From the IMG/VR virus record IMGVR_UViG_3300011116_001227: DNA of 64,000 bases. One strand, given 5' to 3'. Under the pieces are notes generated by a model. That model was not told the origin of the DNA, ran no database searches, and saw only the letters and a program-made list of their open reading frames with translations. This stretch comes from a virus. Lineage: Duplodnaviria; Caudoviricetes. Made by a program: the position numbers and the translations under genes. Shown here piece by piece: positions 44,723 through 54,900 of this stretch; position 1 is the first letter of the stretch, and each line of letters begins with the position of its first letter.

Positions 44723-47700
44723 CTACTTGATAGTCGTCGTGATTGTTTTTGTGCTTGATGAATTAAGCGCTGCAGCTGCTGTTTCTTCTTTCTTTTTTTC
44801 CGAATCTTCTTTACCAGCTTTAGCCTGAGGGGTTGTCTTTGGTTTTGCGGCCGGAGCGGACTTGTTCGTTTTTTTATCATCTTGAGATGGTTCAGGCGGC
44901 GACTTTGACGCGTCTTTCAAGAGCTTGATGATTGACGGCGCGCCGCTGAACTTTCCGTAGCCGTCTGTGAAGGCAAAATTCAAAGTTGTCTCAAATTTTC
45001 CGGGAGTGAGCTTGTGGGTTACTTCAGTGCAGTTGTACAGATTGTCTAGCGAAGTTCCCGTGCCTAAATCAACGAAGTACTGCTGATATAGTCGAGCTGC
45101 AGGACACCCCATCGTCACGATGTTTAAAGAAGCTGGGACTGTTCTGACGGGCAAACCGCCCGGTCCTGAGAGACCATCAGAGGGAGGCGCAACAGAATTT
45201 GCATTACCAGCCTTTGGCTTCATGATGTTCACTAAATTCGCTGCAGCCATGAGATCGTCAGTCTTCGAAGCTAGAGTCGCAGTTTTCACGAGAGTCCCTT
45301 GAGACCCTATCAAGATCGTAGGCGCCAAGGCTCGCAGAGAATCCCGCAAAGCTGCAGGATTTCGCTTTATGACTGTCTGAGAAGTTCCCTCGGGCGTCTT
45401 CAATTTGATGAGATTGTTCAAAACTGCTGGTTGTGGATTTTGTCCTGCTGCTATTCCGCTTAAAGTACCGTCATTCCCAATTGAAGCTGCGAGATCTGCA
45501 GCTCCAGCGCCGTTTAAATCATTCAAAAATTTCTGAACTTCTGTTCTGTTAGTTTCATTTGCCTTCAGTTTTTCTCTTACTTCGCTTGCGTTGAAAGATC
45601 CGACGTGAAATCCGTCTGATAATTCGACGAACTCTGAGAAAATTTTTCTTGGATTGACCTGCTTGTCGTAGATGTGGATTCGAACGATCTGACCGGCGGT
45701 GCTCGGCTCGGCGACATTATTTATTAGATCGTCTATTCTCCTGACAGAAGAACTCGGCAGCGGAGTCGGAGAAGTCTCTATCATGAACTCTATGAGAGGC
45801 TTTCTGAATCCTGGATATTTGGTTTGCCAACGTGCTAGAGCGAGCTCGTATCCTTCTCTCGTCTCTGAAGCAGACTGCGGCGAAGGATTGTCTTTGTTGA
45901 ACGGCTCAAACAGCTCGATCATTCCGTATCCCGGCGAGCGGTCGTCAGAGAATTGATTGTTGACGATCATTCTCATGAACTCTTCTATCGTGAAGTCATT
46001 CTTGTTCTTCGACTTCATTAGGTCGTCTATCGCGTAGACGAAGCGGGTCAAGTCAATTGGAAACTCTGCAATACTTGCTCCGCTCACAGGCCCGCACTGG
46101 TCGTTCAGTGCATAGAAAATTACTTGCACTTCAGACCCAGCATTATCAATTTCTGGATTTGCTTCTATAAATGCGGGCAAGACGGTGTTGATAAACAGCT
46201 TGCCGAAAGACACGATCTTGTTTTTGCCAGCATCTATCGCAATTCTCGTAGGCGCAGTGTTGTCAGACGTCGACGTGGCTTCCTGCTTGCCGCCCTTGTC
46301 TTTCTTCGTTGCAAGAGTATTTCCTGCCTGAAATTTTTGCAAAGCTCCTCTAAGATCTGCTGAAAAATAAGTCGCATCGTCGCCCTTATTTACATTTACT
46401 ACAGTGACGGGTTCCGTCGGAGGAGCGCCTCTTTTTGGTGCAGACACAGGAGCTTGTTTCTTCTTTGGGTCGGGAGGCGGCGGCGGAAGTTCCAAGGGCG
46501 ATGCGAGGAAGGGATCTGCTCCCTCAGTGCACCTCGTGATAAGGTTCGTGATTTCAGTTGCACGAACCCCAGAAAGAGCAGCTTTGGTCGCTGCAGGATC
46601 GAGAACAAGAGACAATTGACTTTTTATTTTTTCGGCATCTGCTGCGTTGATCGCTCCCGTGTCTGCATAATGATTTACGACTTGCGCTATGTACGTAGAA
46701 GGATTTTCTTTAATTGAGCTGGGAAGCATCTGGCCTGATGCTCCTGCATTTAGAATTTGCGAAAGACGAGCGTCTGGGCCTAGGACAGACGCGCCATACT
46801 TGTTAGACAAGTCTGATAATTCTTGCAGTAAATTTTCATAACCTGCAATCATCGCCTCGTATTGTCCTCCCAACTTAATAGAAGTCCTCTTAGACTTTGA
46901 AACTCCAAGACCCACAAGATCGAGAGTCAAGTTTACAGTTCCCACTTGGTCGAAACCAAACTGCGTATTTTTAATTTGCCAACAGTCTTCGGCGTGCATA
47001 GACTCATTGATAAAATCTGCGTAAGCGTCTTCGTTGTTAAAAGAAATTGAGCTTTTTCCGTCACTGCCCTTACTAATTCTAGACGGTGCAATCCATCCGT
47101 AAGAAGTCCAAATCTTTACGAAGCCGTACCCAGACGGTCCTCTAAAAAATTCAGACATCTCTGAGATTCTTGACTTGTCGTGAATCTTCAGCTGAAGCTT
47201 TCCAGTCTTGTGTGCCATCGCTCCGGCGCCGGCGTTTAAAATTTTAACTTCAAAATCAAGAATAGATGCAAAAGGCAAGAACGGCTTCGCGTCGACGAGG
47301 CGTCCATTCGGCAAGCCTGTTTTTGAATCCGTTGAAGCCTTCGTCGTCGAGATGTTCGAAAGAGACTGAGGTGACAAGAACAGTTCCATGCCAGATTTCG
47401 CTTCGATAGAAGCTCCGGTAAACTGATCTCCCTGCTGCGTCAAAGTGATGTCACCGAATCGAGATATCGCTTGATCAGCAGCAGTTGCTGTTGATCTATC
47501 GACAGATCCCACTAAAAATCTGAGCAATGAAGGTGTGCTCAAATAATAAAGTCCTTGCTTGCCCAACTCCTCGCGGCGCTTATCGTCGGTATTACTATCA
47601 GATGCTTTCAAAGAAAGCGTTATTTTCTTCTGGCCGATCATCTCGATCTCGAGGTACGGCACCAGCTGATTCGCTACGAGCGGTGGTGTGTAGTTCAAAA

Positions 47701-48178
47701 ACATCTCAACATCTTCGGTCTTCGCCACTGCTGGACTGAGATAGGGATCTTTCGAAACAACAATTCCAATCTCACATTTCTTGCTGCTGAGATTGTTGTC
47801 TTTTGCTATGAGCCAGTCTGAGTCTTGGAAACTCAAACTGCTCGTCGGACTAATTTTTGTGCCCTTCCTCCAGTAATCTTCGTCGCCTATCATGCTGAAG
47901 ATTCCTTTTGATTTAGTCACGCAGTGAAAATCTTTTTTGATGTCGGCGAGCCCCTCGGGCGTGGGAGGTGAGTCTGGCTGTTTCTTAGCTGTAGCCTCGG
48001 CGCTAAGCAACTTTTCGATGTCGCTCATTCGTGTTGTCTTGTCGATCAGCTTAATTCTGAGCTTGTCGTTGAGCGATTGTGTTTTTGCACCGTCTCCGCC
48101 GGCGAGCTTTGATATTCCCCGCGGAGACAACAGGTCAAAGAGGTCTGTTAGAAATGTTTGTGCAGGCAGGTCTGCCAT
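44723..48178 (-). CDS. Large baseplate hub/tail-associated structural protein
   Basis: Position after LysM-like baseplate gene; C-term GCP....YQQYFVDLGTGTSLDNLY...V.H.L..GKFET.L.F; start ATG at 48178 overlaps the upstream TGA. Confidence 0.6.
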   Translation of the reverse strand: MADLPAQTFLTDLFDLLSPRGISKLAGGDGAKTQSLNDKLRIKLIDKTTRMSDIEKLLSAEATAKKQPDSPPTPEGLADIKKDFHCVTKSKGIFSMIGDEDYWRKGTKISPTSSLSFQDSDWLIAKDNNLSSKKCEIGIVVSKDPYLSPAVAKTEDVEMFLNYTPPLVANQLVPYLEIEMIGQKKITLSLKASDSNTDDKRREELGKQGLYYLSTPSLLRFLVGSVDRSTATAADQAISRFGDITLTQQGDQFTGASIEAKSGMELFLSPQSLSNISTTKASTDSKTGLPNGRLVDAKPFLPFASILDFEVKILNAGAGAMAHKTGKLQLKIHDKSRISEMSEFFRGPSGYGFVKIWTSYGWIAPSRISKGSDGKSSISFNNEDAYADFINESMHAEDCWQIKNTQFGFDQVGTVNLTLDLVGLGVSKSKRTSIKLGGQYEAMIAGYENLLQELSDLSNKYGASVLGPDARLSQILNAGASGQMLPSSIKENPSTYIAQVVNHYADTGAINAADAEKIKSQLSLVLDPAATKAALSGVRATEITNLITRCTEGADPFLASPLELPPPPPDPKKKQAPVSAPKRGAPPTEPVTVVNVNKGDDATYFSADLRGALQKFQAGNTLATKKDKGGKQEATSTSDNTAPTRIAIDAGKNKIVSFGKLFINTVLPAFIEANPEIDNAGSEVQVIFYALNDQCGPVSGASIAEFPIDLTRFVYAIDDLMKSKNKNDFTIEEFMRMIVNNQFSDDRSPGYGMIELFEPFNKDNPSPQSASETREGYELALARWQTKYPGFRKPLIEFMIETSPTPLPSSSVRRIDDLINNVAEPSTAGQIVRIHIYDKQVNPRKIFSEFVELSDGFHVGSFNASEVREKLKANETNRTEVQKFLNDLNGAGAADLAASIGNDGTLSGIAAGQNPQPAVLNNLIKLKTPEGTSQTVIKRNPAALRDSLRALAPTILIGSQGTLVKTATLASKTDDLMAAANLVNIMKPKAGNANSVAPPSDGLSGPGGLPVRTVPASLNIVTMGCPAARLYQQYFVDLGTGTSLDNLYNCTEVTHKLTPGKFETTLNFAFTDGYGKFSGAPSIIKLLKDASKSPPEPSQDDKKTNKSAPAAKPKTTPQAKAGKEDSEKKKEETAAAALNSSSTKTITTTIK

Positions 48179-48477
48179 CAGCCGACGAGCTCCGCGACGC
48201 GACGAATGTCGACAATGTTGATCTGCGTCCCGGCGGGAACTTGCATCCCCCAGCCGATATTGGACGATGCTGCTAATACCCACCAGTATTTCGCGTCGCC
48301 GTATATGGATCCTGCAAGAGTGTCGAGCCTGTCGTCGCCCGTCAAAATTAGCTTGCTGATGATCTGCAAAGATCCTGCGCGGATTGCTTGACGTATGCTG
48401 CTGACGGCTTCAGCTGTACCAAATTGAGATCCTCTGCTTAGACGAGAATCGAGCTTGTATCGAGATAAAACCGCCAT
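48178..48477 (-). CDS. Baseplate wedge LysM-like protein (P2 gpX / T4 gp53-like)
   Basis: DRLDTLAGSIYGDAKYWWVLA..N......V.AG..I.I. Confidence 0.8.
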   Translation of the reverse strand: MAVLSRYKLDSRLSRGSQFGTAEAVSSIRQAIRAGSLQIISKLILTGDDRLDTLAGSIYGDAKYWWVLAASSNIGWGMQVPAGTQINIVDIRRVAELVG

Positions 48478-48548
48478 GTTGTTGAAGCCTCTACTCTAGC
48501 CTAACTATGCTAAAATTAAAATCAGATCCCGATTCATTATACGCCAAT

Positions 48549-51500
48549 TTATCGACCAAGTATCGGTCTGACTCTCGGTGCCATCGGACCAATCGGATAG
48601 ACGGGCGCTCTGTTCGCGCCGGTGTGATCCAAACCAGGCACGATGTCGTGGAACGGAGAGAACGATATCGTCACTTTACACATCTTTGGAGCTCGTTTTC
48701 CCTGCTCTTCTTCCCAAACAGTCCCGCTGTACCAGTCAAAATTCATCGACTCTATGAAACCAGGAATTCCTCTGCCACCAGACGACTCGAACGATCGAAC
48801 AACAGCGTTATTCGCAGGCTTCATGAATTCGTCCAGTCTTCCTTGGTAATCTGCAGTATTCTGAGTATTCGTCGTTGTCGTGCATATTGGAAGATTAGAA
48901 ATAGTGAATCCCGCTCCAATGTTGATGTATCCCTCCTCGCCCAAGATTCTTTCGTGCGGTGCTCTCTTTCCTACACTTTTATCGTAAAAGCTCTTGATTG
49001 TATTCTTTTGGTTCTTATCAGTAATAGTGGGATTGATAACGACTTTAAATTTTAAGTCTTTATTTATTTCTGTTGTCAATTTCGCTGATTCGCCCTTTAC
49101 TCCTACGACTTGGAGTGCGAATTTCTTCTTGTCTAAATTGACGATAGACGAAACTGCTGAATTATCAAAAATAAACTCGCCTCTAAGATAAAATGTGTTT
49201 CCGTCTGTGACAGCGGCACCATTATTATTAGACTGCTGAGGTGAAATTGATGTCATTCCGTTGATCATATTACCCTCGTAATATGCACCGAAGAGGCGAG
49301 ACAGATTAAATCTAGAGTAGTTGCTCTGAATGAGGTCTCCGATTCTCAGCCTGACGAGGGGAGCAGCAGCAATCTGCTGACTGAACGGAACAGTGACGCT
49401 GTTGTCTTTGTTGATACTCACAGATTTACCAGAAGTGAACTGTGGGTACAGCAGTGTAGACAGCTTGTTGAGCTTGATCCACATGTACTCAAAGTCTTCA
49501 GGGCTGAGGGCTGCAACCTGAAATGAGACGTCGATCTTTCTGTTTGTTCCCTTGTACGTCTTGATCTTTTCAACTCTGCCAAATGCGTCCACTGTGTCGT
49601 ACTCAGCTGTGTAAGAATCGCCGAGAGACTGCAAGAAAGCATGAAAGCTGACGATTTCATTTGTTCTCACGTCGTGAAAATAAAATGGCATGTACTCGGC
49701 GTCTAATTTCTGTTCCATGAGAGTCAGTACATCTCCCTCAATTCTATCTAGCACTGGATTGACTCTGTACCCGAGATTTGTGACAGCATCACTCCCAGCT
49801 TTTATTCCCCTGATTCCTGTTTTCTCGTCGTCTTCGAGAGACCCTGCAAATAGAGCAGGGGCGCCAAGCGTAGAATCACCGGCAACAGCTTTAGACAGAG
49901 ACTGAGGAATCAAAAGAAGATCGGGCGATCTAAAAGAAGACCACGCGAGTCGAAGGCTCTTGCCGCTTTGACCTTGTCCTGATTCAATTAATCTTGATTT
50001 GTCGTAAGCAGACCTGCCGTCGATCGGCCTGAGGTCGATCTCTGATTTTTTTAAACCAAAGCCGATAGAATTTGTGTCGACAATATCTACGGGCTCTCTC
50101 AGGACTGCGTCTCCGAGCTGAGCGAACGTGTTTAGCGATCTCATCAGCTTTGATCGCCTGAAAAATTCTATAAATGAAAGAATTTTCTGAACGCCGGCGA
50201 TGGGTGAGTTAGTGAATGCAGACGAAATACCTTTTAACTCATCACTGACCGTCAAGAAAGACCTGAAGATAGCACGGGAGAAGACCACGTAAGACTCTGG
50301 GCTGCTCACACCTGACTGGACAGCGCTAGACGTGCCGTAGAAAGAAGCGATTCCTGTTATTATGCAAGTGGCAAGATTGTACACAGTAGTATCAAATCCG
50401 AGAAGATCTGCCCAATTTGCGTCTCCGGAAATTATCGCAGTTGTCAATGAAGCAACATTTAAATTTGGAATTCCTTTGCCAGTAACTCTCCATCGACCGT
50501 ACGGAAGTCTTCCAATCTTGTCTAGTTTATTTTTGTCAGTAGAATTTGTTTTGCTCAGAAATGCGCTGATGATGCCTGGAATCAGTGCTATAGAGATAGT
50601 AAAAGCGACTGCGAGGATCTGCATTCCAAGAGCACTGAAACCTGTGAATTGATCGTAAGGGTTGTTGAGAGCACCCCAAGACTGCAGTGTTCCATTTCCA
50701 AAAGCGTTAGGTGTAATACTTGAAAGTGAATCAACGTTCACGCCCTTCGTTACTTTGTCTCCCTGAAGAGCAAGGTTTTCAAGAACGTCTTTAGCAGTTA
50801 ATTTGAGCTCTTCGACTTTTTTAATTCCGAGTTGTTCTCCTCCCGGTATTAAAGCAGCTTCAGCAGTAAATGATCCGTCTTCTGGATCGAGTTTCTTAAC
50901 ATCAGCTCGTCTTTCTGTCGAAGCTCTTGCCATGAGAACGTTACCCACTGTTGCAAGCTGTCGATAGTTAACTGTTCTGAGAGCAGGAGAACTGTATTCT
51001 TCGGGTTTATAAGATTCACCGGGTCTGTAATCTGTCATTCCGACGACTGTCTCAAGTCCTTCTTTGCTAGATTCAGACGAGAAAGGTGAGTCTGCTGTCC
51101 ATCTATTCTTGATGAGCGAAGTGCTGTACATCTTAACAGGATGATCTTCTGAGAGAGGATTGCCCGATGTAACTGTTCTGAGGAGGTCGTTTCCATCGAT
51201 CTTGATCTCGTCTTTTCTGACAATTCCTCGAGAAATTTGCGTCGAGATTACAGGATCTGAAGCCCATCCTGGACGGGGGAGAGTAGGGCGGGATCCGGGT
51301 GTTTCTGCGCTTCCATTTCCAAGACCAGGAGAGAAAGATCCTTCAGGAACACGTGTGATTCCTGAAGGATAGCCGTCAGTTGAAGTTGAAATCTCTGACA
51401 CAGTCTGCGCGTCGACCTTGTACCTGTTTCCTCCGCCCGCAGCCTGATCTGGCACTGATGGAGTTTTTCCTCGAGTTGTCTTACCGAGATACTGACCGAG

Positions 51501-51671
51501 AGTTATCTTAGTGCCCTTCGAGATATCTCTTCTCGATTTATCGACATTAATATCGCCAGAATTCCAATCTCCGTCGTCAGCAACATCTCGCTCGACACCG
51601 ACATCGTACGTGTGCACTTTTCCGTCGACGCTGAACCCACCCGTGCCTGTATCAAGCTTTTTGTCGCTCAT
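48549..51671 (-). CDS. Tail tube initiator/baseplate protein (gp48/gp54-like domain) with long N-terminal extension
   Basis: PFYFHD......SF.AF..SL.DSY..EY.....FGR.E....Y..T.R.I..SF; APLVRLRIGDL; GFIESM.F.W....W. Confidence 0.65.
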   Translation of the reverse strand: MSDKKLDTGTGGFSVDGKVHTYDVGVERDVADDGDWNSGDINVDKSRRDISKGTKITLGQYLGKTTRGKTPSVPDQAAGGGNRYKVDAQTVSEISTSTDGYPSGITRVPEGSFSPGLGNGSAETPGSRPTLPRPGWASDPVISTQISRGIVRKDEIKIDGNDLLRTVTSGNPLSEDHPVKMYSTSLIKNRWTADSPFSSESSKEGLETVVGMTDYRPGESYKPEEYSSPALRTVNYRQLATVGNVLMARASTERRADVKKLDPEDGSFTAEAALIPGGEQLGIKKVEELKLTAKDVLENLALQGDKVTKGVNVDSLSSITPNAFGNGTLQSWGALNNPYDQFTGFSALGMQILAVAFTISIALIPGIISAFLSKTNSTDKNKLDKIGRLPYGRWRVTGKGIPNLNVASLTTAIISGDANWADLLGFDTTVYNLATCIITGIASFYGTSSAVQSGVSSPESYVVFSRAIFRSFLTVSDELKGISSAFTNSPIAGVQKILSFIEFFRRSKLMRSLNTFAQLGDAVLREPVDIVDTNSIGFGLKKSEIDLRPIDGRSAYDKSRLIESGQGQSGKSLRLAWSSFRSPDLLLIPQSLSKAVAGDSTLGAPALFAGSLEDDEKTGIRGIKAGSDAVTNLGYRVNPVLDRIEGDVLTLMEQKLDAEYMPFYFHDVRTNEIVSFHAFLQSLGDSYTAEYDTVDAFGRVEKIKTYKGTNRKIDVSFQVAALSPEDFEYMWIKLNKLSTLLYPQFTSGKSVSINKDNSVTVPFSQQIAAAPLVRLRIGDLIQSNYSRFNLSRLFGAYYEGNMINGMTSISPQQSNNNGAAVTDGNTFYLRGEFIFDNSAVSSIVNLDKKKFALQVVGVKGESAKLTTEINKDLKFKVVINPTITDKNQKNTIKSFYDKSVGKRAPHERILGEEGYINIGAGFTISNLPICTTTTNTQNTADYQGRLDEFMKPANNAVVRSFESSGGRGIPGFIESMNFDWYSGTVWEEEQGKRAPKMCKVTISFSPFHDIVPGLDHTGANRAPVYPIGPMAPRVRPILGR

Positions 51672-51937
51672 TTGACTTCAACTACTACGATTTCAGAGCT
51701 GCCCTCTTCTTTAATTAGATCGTCTTCGAATTCTGAGACAGACTTCTTGAATCCCTCAGGATCTTTTTGGATCTCGGACACGATCGTCAAGACACTCTCG
51801 TAAAAATTTCCAACAAGCTCATCCACAGCTGCTTTGTTCGTCCTCTCCTCTTTGCTAGATTTAATCTGATTGAACAGATCTTTGATCGCAGCTTGTTCAT
51901 AAACCATCTTTAAGAATTCTTGCTTATTTGGAATCAT
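51668..51937 (-). CDS. Hypothetical tail-region protein
   Basis: 4-nt overlap with downstream baseplate gene. Confidence 0.55.
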   Translation of the reverse strand: MIPNKQEFLKMVYEQAAIKDLFNQIKSSKEERTNKAAVDELVGNFYESVLTIVSEIQKDPEGFKKSVSEFEDDLIKEEGSSEIVVVEVK

Positions 51938-51983
51938 AAAAACCTTTGTGTTGATTAAAGAATTAATCTAGATCCTATACAGT

Positions 51984-54900
51984 TCAGCCGTACTCTGGTC
52001 TGATTTTTTGTGCCGTGATGGAGGCGTTCTTGCTGTTGCTTTGGACGTCTGTGATTGTATCGTTGATTGTTCTTCTCAAGAGTGAGTCGCTGCGCTCGAC
52101 AATGACCTTCTCGACCTTGTCAGCTTCCATCACGATCTTCAGATCGAGTTGGACAACGACGTCTTTGCTCTTCACGGTATAGATTCCTGAAGTGCCAAGT
52201 CCCGCCATGCCTGCGACTTGAGTGAGGCGAGCTTGCAGATTTATCTTTGGCATCGTCGCCAACGCGTCGTCGAGCTTTTGCGTCGCTGCGACCATGTCTT
52301 CAACTGCTTTGAGCGTCTTTGCGATGTTTTGTATCTGATCTAGATTGATTGCTTCAAAGTTGGTCGCGAGAGTAGGAATCGACTCCTGAGCGAGGATTGT
52401 GCTCATCTGCTGGAATTCTTTGCTCGTCCAGAAGCTATTCAATTTCTGCATTCCCGTGAGAGTTTTTGCTGGATCGATAGACTCTGCTCTAGACAGTGAC
52501 TCTCCAATTTTTGCTGTAGCCTCTGTCAAGCTGGAGAAAAACACGAGCGATTCTTTAGAATTCTGAATTATTAATGCAATCGCTGCATTCCAGTCGGGCA
52601 AATCATCTCTCAGATCTTTCACTTCGAGATCGACAATTTCTTTCATGTCAGTCAAAAAAGTTTTAACCACAGCACCGAAAGCAGAGAATGTTTTTCCAAT
52701 AAAAGATATCGACCCGGGCAAATCTTCGTATGAAGAGAGCTTGTTGAACGTGTCGACAATCGCATCAAAGATGGTCTTTCCACCGGAACCAAAGAACGGA
52801 TTAATAAGACCGTTAAGAACGTAAGTGAGATCAGCAAGAGGCGCAAGAATATCATTGCCTTTTCCTCCTGCACCCGACTCGGGAATCTCTACAGCTGCAA
52901 TACTCTTAGACAGATCGACGATCTTTGGAAGAATTTCAATCGCTTTGGTCAAGATGTCAATGCTCTTGTCGATATTCGCAATCTTGCTCATTTTTGTTGC
53001 AACTTCGGTGATCGTATGCAGCAACAAAGGCAATTCTTCTCTTAAAGATTGCAACACTTCTCTGATCGTCGGAAAATTGACGTTGATGGTCGTCGTGACA
53101 TTGCCCATGCCGTGCGTCTCAACCTTAGCCAGCGGCTGACCACCAGGTTTAGCAATTGCGGTCGCGAGACCAAAAACTGCAGAAAGAATCTTGCCCATCG
53201 GCTCGAGCGATTTCACCTGCTCGGGCGTGAGATTGCTGACTGACGCTCCAATTGCTCTTGTGATCATGTATATGAGCGGCGGAAGGTGAGTTGTCATCAC
53301 GTCAAGCATGCTTGTCATGTGTGTTGTGACAGCTTTTATTGCTTCTTTGTCTATCTCTTTGACAACACCCTTCGCTTTGTACATGCCCCACAGGGCTTCG
53401 GCCTCAGCTGTTCTTTCGTTCATGAATTTCTGAGGATCTGGCACGAGAGCTTGCATCATAGCAGCAACAGCTGACAGCACGCTTCCAACAGCGGCGCCAG
53501 CATCTTTCATCACAGCAACGTCTGCAGATTTGAGATTCTTAAGCGAAGCTGTTATTGAATATACAAGGAAACTCGCTCCCTTCATGAGCGATTCTATTAA
53601 CTCAGCACCGGCCTGCATATTTCGAGTAGTCTTCGAGGCATCCTGTCCAAAAATATCTTCAGTCAAGCTAGTAGACTTTGACATAAAATCAGACAGTGCA
53701 TTGCCAACAGATCCCAACAATGTGCCTACTGAAGTGATTAATCCAGAGAAAGCTTTCGTAGTCTCGATCTTGTCTGGTGTCAAGACCTTCATGCCTTCAA
53801 TAAGATTCTTTATTATTCCATTAATTCCACCCTTGCCGTCTTTTCCATTTAAAAGCTCTTGGATAAAGTTGCCGAGGCTGTCCATCATCTTGACATTGTC
53901 AGCTTCAGAACTAAAAAATCCCATAAAACCGCTGATCTTCTCTAAGATGCCACCTATCTTTTCTGTAAGATTTGTAACAGCATTCATGACAGATGCAAAA
54001 GCTTCAGCTCTTTTCTTGAGCCGATCCGGATTTCCGGTCATGCTTTCAAGGTACGCCATGATTGATACAGCAGCTCCCGTCATCACCCCCACTGCGCCAA
54101 CAATAGCTCCCATGCCAACAGCGATTGCAGCGCCACCAATTCCACCCGTAGAAAGAATTGTAGCTCCGATCACTGCTGCTTCTCCAATCACGACCCCCGC
54201 AATTGCAAATGCCTGCGACATCGCCTGCATCACGGCGGCGCCGGCGAGCATAGATTCTTTACCAATTAATCTTGTGATTCCACCTATTACTGCAGCAGCG
54301 ACAATCATTGCTGCAATTACGGCGCCGACCGCGATCATTCCAATGATAAATCCGTCTTGAGCTTTTTCTATTAGCTTTCCAACAACTGCAACCTCGGCGA
54401 CGACAAAGCCGATGCCAATGAACACCGGAATTAATCCATAGAGAACAGACATCGCGGCAAAGAGATCTTTTGATGATTGACCCTTGACAATCTTGAGTGA
54501 CAAGAAGAATGCCCCGAGGCCGATTGTCATCAATCCAGCTATCGCAAGAAGAGTGATGCCGAGTGTTTTCCAGCCGACATCTTTAATTTTTTCCATAGCT
54601 GCGAGAGCAGGCATAAACATCTCGATTGATTTAGAGAGTGCGATTAGAACGATTCCCGCCTTTAAAACGTCGGCTGTATCAACGCCCTTCACGATTTCGA
54701 GAGCTTTCCCAAACATCTTTATTCCGATGTAGAAGAATGCTGCAAATCCTGTGATAAACTTGGTGAGAGAACTCCAGTCAATCTTGCTTGTAGACGCAGC
54801 TTCCATCTTCGACAGATCTTCTGTCGATGGAAGCGCTCCCGCGGCAAATCCTGCTGGTGATTTTGTCGCTTCAGCTGCTTTTGTTGCTAGACCCGTTCCC